A program made the translations under genes and the position numbers. Source: an uncultured Gemmatimonadales bacterium (GTDB taxonomy: Bacteria; Gemmatimonadota; Gemmatimonadetes; Gemmatimonadales; GWC2-71-9). From it: DNA of 64,000 bases. A model generated the notes under the pieces. The model did no database searches and was not told the origin of the DNA. It saw only the letters and a program-made list of their open reading frames with translations. The stretch lies in the NCBI GenBank assembly GCA_963695555.1, contig CAVOGR010000007.1, positions 288,001 to 352,000 of the forward strand. The letters run 5' to 3'. Every line of letters starts with the position of its first letter. The first letter of the stretch is position 1. Positions 49,990 through 60,404 of the stretch are shown one piece after another.

Positions 49990-51540
49990 ATGCACGTAGC
50001 CACGAAGTCTCTTGGTCTCCTCGCCGCCGTTGTGGCGGGCACCGCGGCACCACTCTTTTCGCAGATGGCCTCTCCGGCTCCGATCCGCAAGGCTGCGGAG
50101 ACGATTACCGCCGAGGACTTGCATGGCCGGCTCGCCATCATCGCCGACGACTCCATGATGGGTCGGGCCACGCCGAGCCCGGGCCTGGAGATGACGGCGC
50201 AATATGTGGCGGATCAATTCAAGCGATTCGGGCTCACGCCGGGCGGGGAGAACGGCACGTGGTTCCAGCGCTATCCGCTCGAACAGCGCGTGACGGTCGT
50301 CGAGCAATCCCATGTTGGCTTCATGGCCGGCGGCCAGCACGTGCACGCCGACTTCATCAAGGATGCTCGGGTGCTGCGCGGCCCCAGTGCTCCCGGCGAG
50401 GTCAAGGGTGAGGTGTACGTGATCGGCGGTTCGATCGACGCCGGCAAAATCGATGCGGCGATGGCGGCGGGCAAGATCGTCGTGGTGGTCACGGACTATT
50501 CGAAGGGCGTACGGAATGCCAGGGTACAGATGTTCCGGGTGGCCGGCGCACTTCGGAACGCGGCGCCGAAGGGAATCGTCCTCCTGGCAAATCAGGATGC
50601 CGCCGATTTTGCCCGCGAGGCGGCGGAGCAAGCTCGCCCCTCGGTCAGCCTGCCGTCGCCCCGCGGACCCGCCTCCGGATTCCCTGTCGTCGAGGTCCAC
50701 GACCGCGCGGTGGGGTCAATCTTGAAGGCCGCGGGAGTGGATCTCAGCGCCATACGGTCGGCCGACCACACCGTGGCGCGCGTGGTCGCGGGACTGACGG
50801 CTGGCATCGACGTCCAACAGCGATCGGAACCCACCTCCGCCCCGAACACCATCGGCATTCTCGAGGGCACCGATCCCACGCTGAAGCAGGAATACCTGGT
50901 TTACTCGGCGCACATGGACCATACCGGCATCACGCCGGGCGAGGTGGACAGCATCAACAATGGTGCGGATGACGACGGCTCCGGCACCGTGACCGTCGTC
51001 GAGCTGGCCGAAGCGTTCAGCCAGCCCGGTGCGCGGCCCAAGCGGTCGATCGTGTTCATCACGGTGAGCGGCGAAGAGCGGGGGCTCTGGGGCAGCCGGT
51101 ACTTCTCCGAGCATCCCACCGTACCGCTCGACCGGATGGTGGCCAACCTCAATATCGACATGGTCGGCCGCAACTGGACCGACACGGTGGTGGCGATCGG
51201 GAAGGAGCACTCCGATTTGGGGGCGACGCTGGCTCGGGTCAACGCGCGTCATCCCGAGCTCAACATGACCGCCATCGATGATATCTGGCCGGAGGAGAAC
51301 TTCTACAGCCGATCCGATCACTTCAATTTTGCCCGCAAGGGAGTTCCGGTACTCTTCTTCTTCACCGGGGTACACGCGGACTACCACCGGGTCAGTGACG
51401 AGGTCGACAAGATCGACTCGGAGAAGATGGCACGCATCGGCCGGCTCCTGTTCTACCTCGGACAGGACATCGCCAACGCGCCAGAGCGCCCGGTATGGAA
51501 TCCGGAGAGCTACAAGAAGATCGTTCAGACGGACAACTAG
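49990..51540 (+). CDS. Secreted M28 family peptidase with PA-like insert
   Basis: SAHMDH, NGADDDGSG, GEERGLWGS, NIDMVGR, RSDH, DYH..SD. Confidence 0.92.
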   Translation: MHVATKSLGLLAAVVAGTAAPLFSQMASPAPIRKAAETITAEDLHGRLAIIADDSMMGRATPSPGLEMTAQYVADQFKRFGLTPGGENGTWFQRYPLEQRVTVVEQSHVGFMAGGQHVHADFIKDARVLRGPSAPGEVKGEVYVIGGSIDAGKIDAAMAAGKIVVVVTDYSKGVRNARVQMFRVAGALRNAAPKGIVLLANQDAADFAREAAEQARPSVSLPSPRGPASGFPVVEVHDRAVGSILKAAGVDLSAIRSADHTVARVVAGLTAGIDVQQRSEPTSAPNTIGILEGTDPTLKQEYLVYSAHMDHTGITPGEVDSINNGADDDGSGTVTVVELAEAFSQPGARPKRSIVFITVSGEERGLWGSRYFSEHPTVPLDRMVANLNIDMVGRNWTDTVVAIGKEHSDLGATLARVNARHPELNMTAIDDIWPEENFYSRSDHFNFARKGVPVLFFFTGVHADYHRVSDEVDKIDSEKMARIGRLLFYLGQDIANAPERPVWNPESYKKIVQTDN

Positions 51541-51627
51541 CCACGGGTCCGGGGAGGGAGGCGCCGTCAGCGTCCCCTCCCTCGGCCGGTCCGCTCCCGC
51601 CCCCCCGTCACCACTATATTACCGGCC

Positions 51628-53427
51628 ATGCCACCGGCCGGGATTCGTAACTTCTGCATTGTCGCGCACATCGACCACGGGAAATCCACGCTTGCCGACC
51701 GCCTCATCGAGGCCACCGGCGCGGTCGAGAAGCGGCTCATGCGACAGCAGCTCCTCGATACCATGGACCTGGAGCGCGAGCGCGGCATCACCATCAAGCT
51801 GAACGCAGTCCGTATGGAGTACGCCGCGGATGACGGGCAGCGCTACGAACTCAACCTGATCGATACGCCGGGCCATGTCGACTTCACGTACGAGGTCTCC
51901 CGGTCGTTGGCTGCGTGTGAGGGGGCGGTCCTCGTCGTTGACGCGGCCCAAGGCGTGCAGGCACAGACCCTGAGCAACCTGTTTCTTGCGTTGGACGCGG
52001 ATCTCGAGATCATCCCGGTCCTTAACAAGATCGACCTCCCCAGCGCCGAGGTCGAGCTACGCATGGAAGAGCTCAGCGAACTCCTGGGCGTCGCGCCGGA
52101 GGACATCCTGCAGGTGTCGGCCAAAGAAGGCACCGGCATTCACGAGCTGCTGCAGGCTATCGTGGCCCGCGTCCCCGCGCCGCGCGGGGACGCCGAGGCT
52201 CCACTTCGGGCCTTGATCTTCGATTCGTACTTCGATCGGTATCGCGGCGCCATCCCGAGCATCCGCGTAGTGGACGGCGTGCTCCGGAAAGGCCTGCGAA
52301 TCTGCTTCGGCGCCCACCCGGAGGACGTGTACGAAGTGGACGAGGTGGGGTATCTCCAGCTTGGCCAGCACAAGGCGCCCGAGTTGCGCGCCGGCGAGGT
52401 CGGTTATTTCGTCGCCAGCCTTCGCGATGTGCGGGACTCCAGAGTGGGCGATACCGTGTTTGACGCCGACCGCCGCGCGGCGAGCCTGCTCCCCGGCTAT
52501 CGCGACGTGCACTCCATGGTATTCGCCGGGCTGTACCCCACGGAATCCGATCAGTATGAAGCCCTGCGGGACGCCCTCGAGCGGCTAGCGCTCAACGACG
52601 CGAGTCTCCATTACGAGCCGGAAAGCTCCACTGCGCTCGGGTTCGGCTACCGGTGCGGCTTCCTCGGCCTATTGCACATGGAGATCGTCCAGGAACGGCT
52701 GCAACGTGAATTCGATCTGGATCTCATCACGACCGTCCCGACCGTGGAGTACCACGTGTTCCTCTCGAACGGCGAGCAGCTGGTCGTGGAGAACCCCACG
52801 CACCTGCCCGACCCGTCCCACATCGACCGGATCGAAGAGCCCTACGTCAAGGCCAGGATCATGGCCCCGAGCGAATACATCGGCGCGCTGATGCGACTGG
52901 GGCAGGAGCGGCGGGGCATCTACCTGGGTATGCGCTACGTCGATCCCGTGCGAGTGGAGTTCGATTGGGAGTTCCCGCTCGGGGAGATCGTCCTCGATTT
53001 CTATGACAAGCTCAAGTCCATCAGCCGAGGGTATGCGTCCCTGGATTACGAGCTCGCAGACTACCGGCCGGCGGACCTGGTCAAGCTCGACATGCTCATC
53101 AATACCGAGCAAGTCGACGCTTTCAGCATCATCATCCATCGCGAGAAGGCCTACGAGTGGGGTCGCAAGGTGGCCGAGAAGCTCAAGGAGCTCATTCCCC
53201 GGCAGCTGTACGCGGTGGCGATCCAAGCCGCCATCGGCCAGCGCATCATCGCGCGCGAGACGATCTCGGCCCTGCGCAAGGACGTGACGGCCAAGTGTTA
53301 CGGCGGCGACGTGACGCGAAAGCGCAAGCTTCTCGAGAAACAGAAGGAAGGGAAGAAGCGTATGAAGCAGCTCGGCTCGGTCGAGATTCCGCAGGAAGCG
53401 TTCCTCGCCGTGTTGCAGGTCGACTGA
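51628..53427 (+). CDS. lepA: Elongation factor 4 (LepA)
   Basis: [31 protein letters not shown], [22 protein letters not shown]. Confidence 0.98.
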   Translation: MPPAGIRNFCIVAHIDHGKSTLADRLIEATGAVEKRLMRQQLLDTMDLERERGITIKLNAVRMEYAADDGQRYELNLIDTPGHVDFTYEVSRSLAACEGAVLVVDAAQGVQAQTLSNLFLALDADLEIIPVLNKIDLPSAEVELRMEELSELLGVAPEDILQVSAKEGTGIHELLQAIVARVPAPRGDAEAPLRALIFDSYFDRYRGAIPSIRVVDGVLRKGLRICFGAHPEDVYEVDEVGYLQLGQHKAPELRAGEVGYFVASLRDVRDSRVGDTVFDADRRAASLLPGYRDVHSMVFAGLYPTESDQYEALRDALERLALNDASLHYEPESSTALGFGYRCGFLGLLHMEIVQERLQREFDLDLITTVPTVEYHVFLSNGEQLVVENPTHLPDPSHIDRIEEPYVKARIMAPSEYIGALMRLGQERRGIYLGMRYVDPVRVEFDWEFPLGEIVLDFYDKLKSISRGYASLDYELADYRPADLVKLDMLINTEQVDAFSIIIHREKAYEWGRKVAEKLKELIPRQLYAVAIQAAIGQRIIARETISALRKDVTAKCYGGDVTRKRKLLEKQKEGKKRMKQLGSVEIPQEAFLAVLQVD

Positions 53428-53459
53428 TCCAGGAGACCTCCTCGGCGGCGGACGCGCAG

Positions 53460-54512
53460 GTGTCACCCGCCCGGATTCTGGTCGTCGGCCCTGCCTGGGT
53501 CGGTGACATGGTCATGGCCCAGAGTCTGTTCATGACGCTCAAGACCCGGTTCCCCGGCGTCGCGATCGATGTGCTTGCGCCCCGCTGGTCCTTGCCCGTC
53601 CTGACCCGCATGCCCGAGGTGAGACGATCCGTGGAGATGACCGCTGGGCCGGGCCAGCTCGGACTCATAGCACGCGTTCGACTTGCGCACGCTTTACGCC
53701 GGGAGCGCTACGATCAGGCCATTGTCCTCCCACGCACCGTCAAGGCGGCGCTGACCCCGCTCTTCGCACGCATACCGCGACGCACCGGGTATCGCGGGGA
53801 AATGCGCTACGGACTCCTCAACGATATTCGCACGTTGGATACGAGCGTGTTACCTGGGACCGTGCAGCGGTACGTTGCCTTGGGGCTCCCGGCCGATACG
53901 CCGATGCCACCGGCGATCCCGCTTCCGAAACTGACGGTGCGGTCCGATAACCAGCAGGATCTGATGCAACGGCTCGGACTCGACCTCGAGCGCCCGGTGA
54001 TCCTCTTGACCCCCGGAGCCGAGTTCGGTCCATCCAGACGCTGGCCCATCGAGTATTTCTCGGCTTTGGCGCAACGCCTGATGGCCATAGGTTTTCAAGT
54101 GTGGGTTGACGGATCGCCCAAGGAACAGAGTCTGGGAGAGCACATTCGTCAGACCGCCGACTGCGGCGTGATCAATTTGTGTGGTCGCACGAGCCTCGAG
54201 GACGCGATCGATCTGGCGGCGTTGGCCGCCAAGGTGGTCAGTAACGACTCAGGACTGATGCACATCGCGAGCGCGGTCGGGACGCCGGTCATCGGTTTGT
54301 TTGGCCCCACACCGATAACTCTGGCCCCGCCGCTCACCCCTCATCGGCAGCTGTTTTTCCTTGACTTGCCGTGCAGCCCGTGTCATAAGCGGGAGTGCCC
54401 CCTGGGGCACCACAAGTGCATGCGGGACATTGACGTGGATGCGGTGTTTCGGGCCTGTGCCGATGACGCAGGATTGCGGGCGGTGGCCCGGAGAGAGGAA
54501 ACCGGCGGATGA
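53460..54512 (+). CDS. waaF: Lipopolysaccharide heptosyltransferase II (GT9)
   Basis: ILVVGPAWVGDMVMAQSL, RMPEV, GYRGEMRYGLLND, PGAEFGP..RWP, NDSGLMH, C.PC..R.CPLGHH.C. Confidence 0.9.
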   Translation: MSPARILVVGPAWVGDMVMAQSLFMTLKTRFPGVAIDVLAPRWSLPVLTRMPEVRRSVEMTAGPGQLGLIARVRLAHALRRERYDQAIVLPRTVKAALTPLFARIPRRTGYRGEMRYGLLNDIRTLDTSVLPGTVQRYVALGLPADTPMPPAIPLPKLTVRSDNQQDLMQRLGLDLERPVILLTPGAEFGPSRRWPIEYFSALAQRLMAIGFQVWVDGSPKEQSLGEHIRQTADCGVINLCGRTSLEDAIDLAALAAKVVSNDSGLMHIASAVGTPVIGLFGPTPITLAPPLTPHRQLFFLDLPCSPCHKRECPLGHHKCMRDIDVDAVFRACADDAGLRAVARREETGG

Positions 54513-54916
54513 GCAGCGTACAGATACCAGTCGCTGTCGGGGAGTTGATCGACAAGATCACGATCTTGGAAATCAAGGCGGCACGCATCACCGAGCCCGG
54601 GAAGCTCGCGAATGTCAGGCGAGAGCTTGGGCTCCTGCGAGAAGCCTGGCACAGCCAGCCGCAGGCACCCGCCGATCTCGAAGACCTCCGGGACGCGCTC
54701 AAGGCCCTGAATCTGCGCCTGTGGGATATCGAGGACGCGCTGCGTACGAAGGAGCATCGCCGTGAATTCGATGCACAGTTCATTGAGCTGGCGCGCTCGG
54801 TGTATCTCACCAACGATGAGCGCAGCGCGCTCAAGCGGAAGATCAACGCGGTCACCGGCTCGGTCCTCATCGAAGAAAAATCGTACACCGCCTATCAATC
54901 CCCGGCCGCCGACTAA
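54509..54916 (+). CDS. DUF6165 family protein
   Basis: PV.VGELIDKITILEIK...LWDIED..R..E....FD..FIELARSVY..ND.R..LKR.IN...GS...EEKSY. Confidence 0.85.
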   Translation: MSSVQIPVAVGELIDKITILEIKAARITEPGKLANVRRELGLLREAWHSQPQAPADLEDLRDALKALNLRLWDIEDALRTKEHRREFDAQFIELARSVYLTNDERSALKRKINAVTGSVLIEEKSYTAYQSPAAD

Positions 54917-55048
54917 TGCGGCCGGAGCGTGGATCGAAGAGCGGGTTGCGGAATCACCCTGGCGGCCGGTGGAGCGACGGTCCCGGAAATGTTATCGTGG
55001 GAGACCCCACGTGGCCGTTGCAGCAACTCGAAGTGCGGGGAGGATCCG

Positions 55049-56047
55049 GTGCAATACGTCGTAGGCATTGATATCGGCGGCACGAATCTCGTCGTCGGCT
55101 GTGTCGCGGAGGACGGATCGGCGCTGCACGGCCTCAATCGTGAGCCGACTCGATCGGAAGAAGGCCCGGACGCCGTGGTCCACCGCCTCATCGGCCTGGC
55201 CCAACGTGCGATGGAGCAAACGGCGCAGGTCGATTCCACCGTGACATTTGCCGGCCTGGGGGTCGGCTCGCCCGGCCCGCTCGATACCAAGACCGGCACC
55301 GTGCTGTCGACCCCGAACCTCGGCTGGACCGACATGCCGCTCAGGGCGCGCTTGCAACAGGGTCTTGGCCTTCACACCGAGCTCGACAACGACGCCAACT
55401 GCGCGACACTCGGGGAGTGGTGGCAGGGCGCCGCGCAGGGAAGCCGGCACGTGCTCGGCCTCACGATCGGCACCGGCATTGGCGGAGGCATCCTGCTCGA
55501 CGGCGAGATCTACCACGGCGCCGGCGATACCGCCGGCGAGTTCGGCCACGCGAGCATCGAGGCGGACGGACGGCGGTGCAAGTGCGGCAACTACGGATGC
55601 CTCGAGGCATACGCGTCAGGACCGGCCATTGCGCACCGCGCCATCGAAGCCATTGAAGCCGGCGTGGAGAGCACCTTGCCCGAATATGTGAGCAACCATC
55701 TCGGACGGGTCTCCGCCGAGACCGTCTATCAGGCGGCGAAAGACGGCGACGAGCTGGCGCTCGAAGTGGTGCACGAAACCGCTCGCCTGCTCGGGGTTGG
55801 CGTTGCGAACCTGGTCAACATTTTCAATCCGGAAGTCGTCGTGGTGTGCGGCGGAGTGACCTTGGCCGGCGACCGCCTCTTCACCCCCCTCCGGCGAGAG
55901 GTGAATCGCCGGGCCTTCAAGCCGAGCACGCGGATCTGCCGCATCGTCCCGGGCGAGCTGCCTGGCACGGCCGGGGTGTACGGGGCAACCAAAATGTATT
56001 TGCAGCGGCGGCAATCGCATCGTGGCGGAAGCGGAGCACATGCCTAG
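55049..56047 (+). CDS. ROK family sugar kinase (glucokinase-like)
   Basis: GIDIGGT, NDANCA..GE, GTGIGGG, AGEFGH, C.CG..GCLEAYASG. Confidence 0.92.
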   Translation: MQYVVGIDIGGTNLVVGCVAEDGSALHGLNREPTRSEEGPDAVVHRLIGLAQRAMEQTAQVDSTVTFAGLGVGSPGPLDTKTGTVLSTPNLGWTDMPLRARLQQGLGLHTELDNDANCATLGEWWQGAAQGSRHVLGLTIGTGIGGGILLDGEIYHGAGDTAGEFGHASIEADGRRCKCGNYGCLEAYASGPAIAHRAIEAIEAGVESTLPEYVSNHLGRVSAETVYQAAKDGDELALEVVHETARLLGVGVANLVNIFNPEVVVVCGGVTLAGDRLFTPLRREVNRRAFKPSTRICRIVPGELPGTAGVYGATKMYLQRRQSHRGGSGAHA

Positions 56048-57005
56048 GCTCGGGGTGATCGGGTCGCTAGTGTGGGACGTCATCCACGGGCGCGACACCG
56101 CGGCGCCGCCGGTCGAAGAGTGGGGTGGCGTCGCCTATGCCCTGGCCGGATTGGATGCCACGCTGGGGCCCGACTGGGAAATCGTCCCACTGATCAAGGT
56201 CGGTTCCGATGTCCGGGAGGCGGCGGGGAGGTTCCTGCGGAGTCTGCAACGGGTAGCGTCACACAGCCGCTTCATTGAAGTCCCCGTGCCCAACAACCGA
56301 GTCGTGTTGCGCTACGAAAAGGGCGAGCGGCGGTGTGAGCGCATGGCGGGAGGCGTGCCCGCGTGGACGTGGGGCGATCTCGGGCCGATGGTCCGCGACC
56401 TCGATGCACTGTACATCAACTTCATTTCCGGATTCGAACTCTGCCTGGGAACCGCGCAGGCTTTGCGCCACGGGTTTCGGGGTCCGATCTACGCCGATCT
56501 CCACAGCCTCTTCCTCGGCATGGGCCACGATGGCGTGCGCACCCTGCGTCCGCTGCCCGACGCACCGGCATGGTTCGGGTGCTTCGACGTCGTGCAACTG
56601 AACGAGGGGGAGCTGCGCCAACTGTCGTCGGACCCGTTGGCGCTCGCGGCCGAGATGCTCGGCGTCGGCGTGTCGCTGCTGGTGGTGACCCTCGGCCGGG
56701 ACGGGGCCGTCTATGTCGCCGCCCCTGGGTTCCAGAGTTTGGCCTCGCCCGGCTTGACCCGTACCTTAGGTGACACCGTGACCACTGCACGTATCGAGGC
56801 TCCCGCGGTTGACGCGCTCGATCCCACCGGGTGCGGCGACGTCTTTGGTGCCGCCTTGTGCGCGGGACTTCTCCAGGGTGTCGCGGTGGAGGCCGCAATC
56901 GCAGAGGCCAATCGATTGGCGGCCCGGAATGCGGCGTACCGTGGGGCCTCGAACCTATCCACGCACTTGCGTGGTGCGCTCGTGACCGCCCCGGAGACCA
57001 GATAA
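56040..57005 (+). CDS. PfkB family carbohydrate kinase
   Basis: N.GE, VVTLG.DGA and DPTGCGDVF motifs. Confidence 0.85.
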   Translation: MPRLGVIGSLVWDVIHGRDTAAPPVEEWGGVAYALAGLDATLGPDWEIVPLIKVGSDVREAAGRFLRSLQRVASHSRFIEVPVPNNRVVLRYEKGERRCERMAGGVPAWTWGDLGPMVRDLDALYINFISGFELCLGTAQALRHGFRGPIYADLHSLFLGMGHDGVRTLRPLPDAPAWFGCFDVVQLNEGELRQLSSDPLALAAEMLGVGVSLLVVTLGRDGAVYVAAPGFQSLASPGLTRTLGDTVTTARIEAPAVDALDPTGCGDVFGAALCAGLLQGVAVEAAIAEANRLAARNAAYRGASNLSTHLRGALVTAPETR

Positions 57006-57006
57006 C

Positions 57007-57909
57007 ATGACGCGCGTCGTGGAGATTCCCGTCTCCTTCGATGACAAGAGCTTCGACCAATTCGCCCAGGCGCACGGCGCATGGCCGCCGGAGGAGCGCG
57101 TCTTGTTCGACGCGCGCAGCGCGCAGTGGGCTTCGCCCTACGGCCTGATCGGCCTCTTGACCGCGGCCCAAGGCTTGACCGAGGCGGAGCGCGAACGGCC
57201 GCTGCTCACCGTTCCCACCAACACCGATGTGAGCCGCTATTGGGCCCGGGCGGGGTTCTTTGCGCATGCCGGGGATCTGTTCGAACTCCATGGCAAGGTG
57301 CCGCGGGTCAAACCCGCGGCAGAGTCGGACGTGCTGCTGACGGTGACGCCGGTTCGCGCGTCGGAGGACATCCATCACATCGTCGGCCGCATCCAAGAAC
57401 GTGCCTCGCACATCCTCCACGGCGAGCTCGGGATCGAGGCCAAGGCTACCATGGGATTCGCCATGGCCCTGTCGGAGGCCTGTCAGAACATCATCGAGCA
57501 TGCCGGCACGAGCGGCTGGGTGGCGGTGCACGCCTATTCCTGGCGCAAGCGGTTGGGGAAGCGCGTGGTGGTGATCGCGGTGAGTGACGCCGGCGTCGGG
57601 TTCCGTCGCTCGCTCGACGCCAGCCAGGGACGGCGCTACGGCGACCGCTGGGGAGACGGGCGGGCCCTGGAGGCCGCCCTGGTCCAAGGGGTGAGCCGGT
57701 TTCGGGACCCCGGGCGGGGCCAGGGACTCGCCGGCATCAAGCGCTATCTGTCGCGCTGGGACGGCAAGATCTCCATCCGGAGCGGGACGGCCCGGCTGTC
57801 GATTGTCCCGTCCTGGGATGATGACGTCCCCCTCCGCGAGGCATTACCTTATTTTCCTGGTTCCCAGGTGCAAATCGTCATTCCAGCCCAGGACCCCACG
57901 CGGCGATGA
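57007..57909 (+). CDS. STAS-like + GHKL (HATPase_c) kinase
   Basis: N-terminal VLFD....WASPYG...RYWARAGFF STAS-like region; N-box SEACQNIIEHA, G1 VSDAGVG, G2 GRGQGL; no HisKA H-box or TM helices. Confidence 0.75.
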   Translation: MTRVVEIPVSFDDKSFDQFAQAHGAWPPEERVLFDARSAQWASPYGLIGLLTAAQGLTEAERERPLLTVPTNTDVSRYWARAGFFAHAGDLFELHGKVPRVKPAAESDVLLTVTPVRASEDIHHIVGRIQERASHILHGELGIEAKATMGFAMALSEACQNIIEHAGTSGWVAVHAYSWRKRLGKRVVVIAVSDAGVGFRRSLDASQGRRYGDRWGDGRALEAALVQGVSRFRDPGRGQGLAGIKRYLSRWDGKISIRSGTARLSIVPSWDDDVPLREALPYFPGSQVQIVIPAQDPTRR

Positions 57910-58448
57910 TCCAGACCATCCACATGGGCCACGTGCTCCAGGAAGAGATCCGGACGCCGTATTGCGATCTCGTCACCCGGCCCACCGGAGCCGCGGTGCG
58001 TCATCGTATTCGAGCGGCCATGGCCGAGGCCAAGTGCCGCACCGCCCTGTTGGACTTCTCGTCGATCGGCTTGCTCGATTTCAGCTGTGCAGACGAAGTC
58101 GTGGCCAAGCTTCTGCGCGACCCGCCGGCGGACTGGCCCGACTTCGTCGTCTTGCACGGACTGAACGAGGCGCACCGCGACGCGATTCATCATGTGCTGG
58201 AGCATCAGGCGCTCGCGATCCTCGCGGTGATGCGAGTAGGCGGGTGTCCGGCCATCCTCGGACGGGTGGCGCCCGACGCCCGCACTGCGTTCGATCGCGT
58301 GGTCGCTCTGGCCCCGACCACCGCGAGGGCGGTCGCAGCAGCGCTCGCATGGCCGCTGGAGCGAACCCGCGAGGTGCTCGACACCCTTGCCCTGCACCGG
58401 CTGATCCGTGAAGACGCCGGACTGTACAGCCCACCGGGAGCCCCATGA
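57906..58448 (+). CDS. STAS-like (DUF4325-type) + C-terminal winged-helix protein
   Basis: LVTRPTG..VR..I...LLDFSSIGLLDFSCADEVVAKL, then TARAVAAALAW.LERTREVLDTL..HRLI.....Y; ATGA-coupled on both sides. Confidence 0.65.
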   Translation: MIQTIHMGHVLQEEIRTPYCDLVTRPTGAAVRHRIRAAMAEAKCRTALLDFSSIGLLDFSCADEVVAKLLRDPPADWPDFVVLHGLNEAHRDAIHHVLEHQALAILAVMRVGGCPAILGRVAPDARTAFDRVVALAPTTARAVAAALAWPLERTREVLDTLALHRLIREDAGLYSPPGAP

Positions 58449-59599
58449 CCCAACGCCAGCCTGGGCATTCCACCATCGCGATTCATGGCCTGCCGGTCCG
58501 GCGCCCTGACTGGACCCCGGTGGTCGAGCCCTTGATCCAGAGCAGCACCTTCATCAATCCCGTCGGTTCCGATGAAGAAGTGCTGTACAGCCGCTACGGG
58601 AACAATCCCAATCAAGTGCGGCTCGCCGCCAAGTACGCCTTGCTTGAAGGGGCGGAGGATGCCGTGTTCGTCGCGAGCGGCATGGGCGCCACCGCGCTGG
58701 CGCATCTTGCGGTGCTGCGTCCGGGCGATCACCTGATCTCGAGCGAGGTGATCTATGGTGGGACCCGTCAGCTGTTCGACACCGAGCTCAGCCGTTTCGA
58801 CATCAGCGTCACCTATGTGGATCCCACCAACCCCCGGGTCTGGCGCCGGGCGCTCCAGGATCGCACCCGTGCCCTCTTCGTCGAGACCCCGACCAATCCA
58901 CTGATGCGAGTCGTCAACCTCGGGCCGGTCGCCCAGCTGGCGAACGAGCATGGACTGGTGCTGCTAGTGGATTCGACCTTCGCCAGCCCGATCAATTTCC
59001 GCCCGCTCGAGCACGGCGCCGACCTCGTCATCACCAGCGCGACCAAGTATCTCAACGGACATAGCGACGTGATCGGCGGGGCCGTGGCCGGCACGCGGGA
59101 TCTGGTGGAGGAAGTGACCCGGCTCATGCGGCTCTGGGGTCAATCCATCGACCCCCACGCCGCCTGGCTCATCGAGCGCGGCATGCGGACACTGGCGGTT
59201 CGCATGGCCCGCCACAACGAGAACGCCCAGGCGGTGGCGGAATGGGCGGCGCAGCACCCGGGCTTTGCCGCCGTTCATTATCCCGGGCTCTCCACCCACC
59301 CCGATCACGCAATCGCCACGGCATGCCTGGACGGGTTCGGCGGGATGGTGGGACTCGAACTCGCCGATGGCGTGCATGGGGTCGCGCGTTTCCTCCGTCG
59401 GCTCAAGCTGATCACGCACGCGCCGAGCCTGGCAGGCGTCGAGAGCCTGATTTCGGAACCACGGTACACCTCGCACAAGCACGTGGGCGCCGCGGCGCGC
59501 GCTGACATGGGGATCGCCGACGGGTTCCTGCGCGTGAGCTGCGGCATCGAAGACGTCGAGGATATCATCGCCGACCTCGAGCAGGCGCTCGAGCGGTAA
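58445..59599 (+). CDS. Cys/Met metabolism PLP enzyme (cystathionine gamma-synthase/lyase family)
   Basis: YSRYGNNP, ASGMGA, ETPTNP, VDSTFASP, SATKYLNGHSD, SLAGVESL. Confidence 0.92.
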   Translation: MTQRQPGHSTIAIHGLPVRRPDWTPVVEPLIQSSTFINPVGSDEEVLYSRYGNNPNQVRLAAKYALLEGAEDAVFVASGMGATALAHLAVLRPGDHLISSEVIYGGTRQLFDTELSRFDISVTYVDPTNPRVWRRALQDRTRALFVETPTNPLMRVVNLGPVAQLANEHGLVLLVDSTFASPINFRPLEHGADLVITSATKYLNGHSDVIGGAVAGTRDLVEEVTRLMRLWGQSIDPHAAWLIERGMRTLAVRMARHNENAQAVAEWAAQHPGFAAVHYPGLSTHPDHAIATACLDGFGGMVGLELADGVHGVARFLRRLKLITHAPSLAGVESLISEPRYTSHKHVGAAARADMGIADGFLRVSCGIEDVEDIIADLEQALER

Positions 59600-59711
59600 C
59601 CTGCGCGCGGGCGGCCCGGCGGCCCGCAGGGCGCCATCTCCCCGCCCGGTGGTGTATCTATCTCCGCATACTCCTTTGACTTACCCCGGGGAACTCCCCT
59701 ATCTTCACGCC

Positions 59712-60404
59712 GTGATCAGGTTCAATCACGTCTCGAAGGCTTTTGCGAAGGGGGAGTCGGCCCTCCTCGACGTCTCGTTTCGCGTCGCGAAGGGTGAATT
59801 CGTCTTCCTGACCGGGCATTCCGGGGCAGGCAAGTCCACGATCCTCCGGCTGATCTACGGCGAGTTGAGCCCCACCAACGGCGACATTCACGTCTTGGGG
59901 TTCTCGCTTCCCAACATTACAGCACGAGAGATCCCCCGATTACGCCGGCGATTGGGCATTGTCTTTCAGGATTTCCGGCTCCTCGAGGATCGGACGGCCG
60001 AGGAGAACGTGGCATTTGCACTCGAAGTGACGCGGGCCCGGCCGGACAGCATCGCGTCGCGGACCAGCCGGGTACTGACCCAGGTCGGCTTGGCCGCCAA
60101 AATGCACGCCCTCCCGAATGAGCTCTCGGGAGGAGAGCAGCAACGTGTGGCCATTGCCCGCGCCCTGGTGCTCGACCCGCCCATCCTCCTGGCCGACGAG
60201 CCAACCGGCAACCTCGACGAGCGGGCCATGCGCGGTGTCTTTCAACTTCTGCGAGACATCAACGCCGGAGGAACGGCCGTGGTCATGGCCACCCACAATC
60301 TCGATCTGGTTCGTGGGACCAACAACCGCACCATCGAGCTGCGACGCGGCGAGGTGGTCTATGACAGCGCCGTGGAAACCGGGCAGCGGGAGGGTCTCGC
60401 ATGA
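59712..60404 (+). CDS. ftsE: Cell division ATP-binding protein FtsE
   Basis: [46 protein letters not shown]. Confidence 0.93.
   Translation: MIRFNHVSKAFAKGESALLDVSFRVAKGEFVFLTGHSGAGKSTILRLIYGELSPTNGDIHVLGFSLPNITAREIPRLRRRLGIVFQDFRLLEDRTAEENVAFALEVTRARPDSIASRTSRVLTQVGLAAKMHALPNELSGGEQQRVAIARALVLDPPILLADEPTGNLDERAMRGVFQLLRDINAGGTAVVMATHNLDLVRGTNNRTIELRRGEVVYDSAVETGQREGLA

Noticed and set aside
57007..57909. Classical two-component sensor histidine kinase
   Set aside because: No HisKA helix, no TM or sensor domain and no response regulator; the partner gene is STAS-like.
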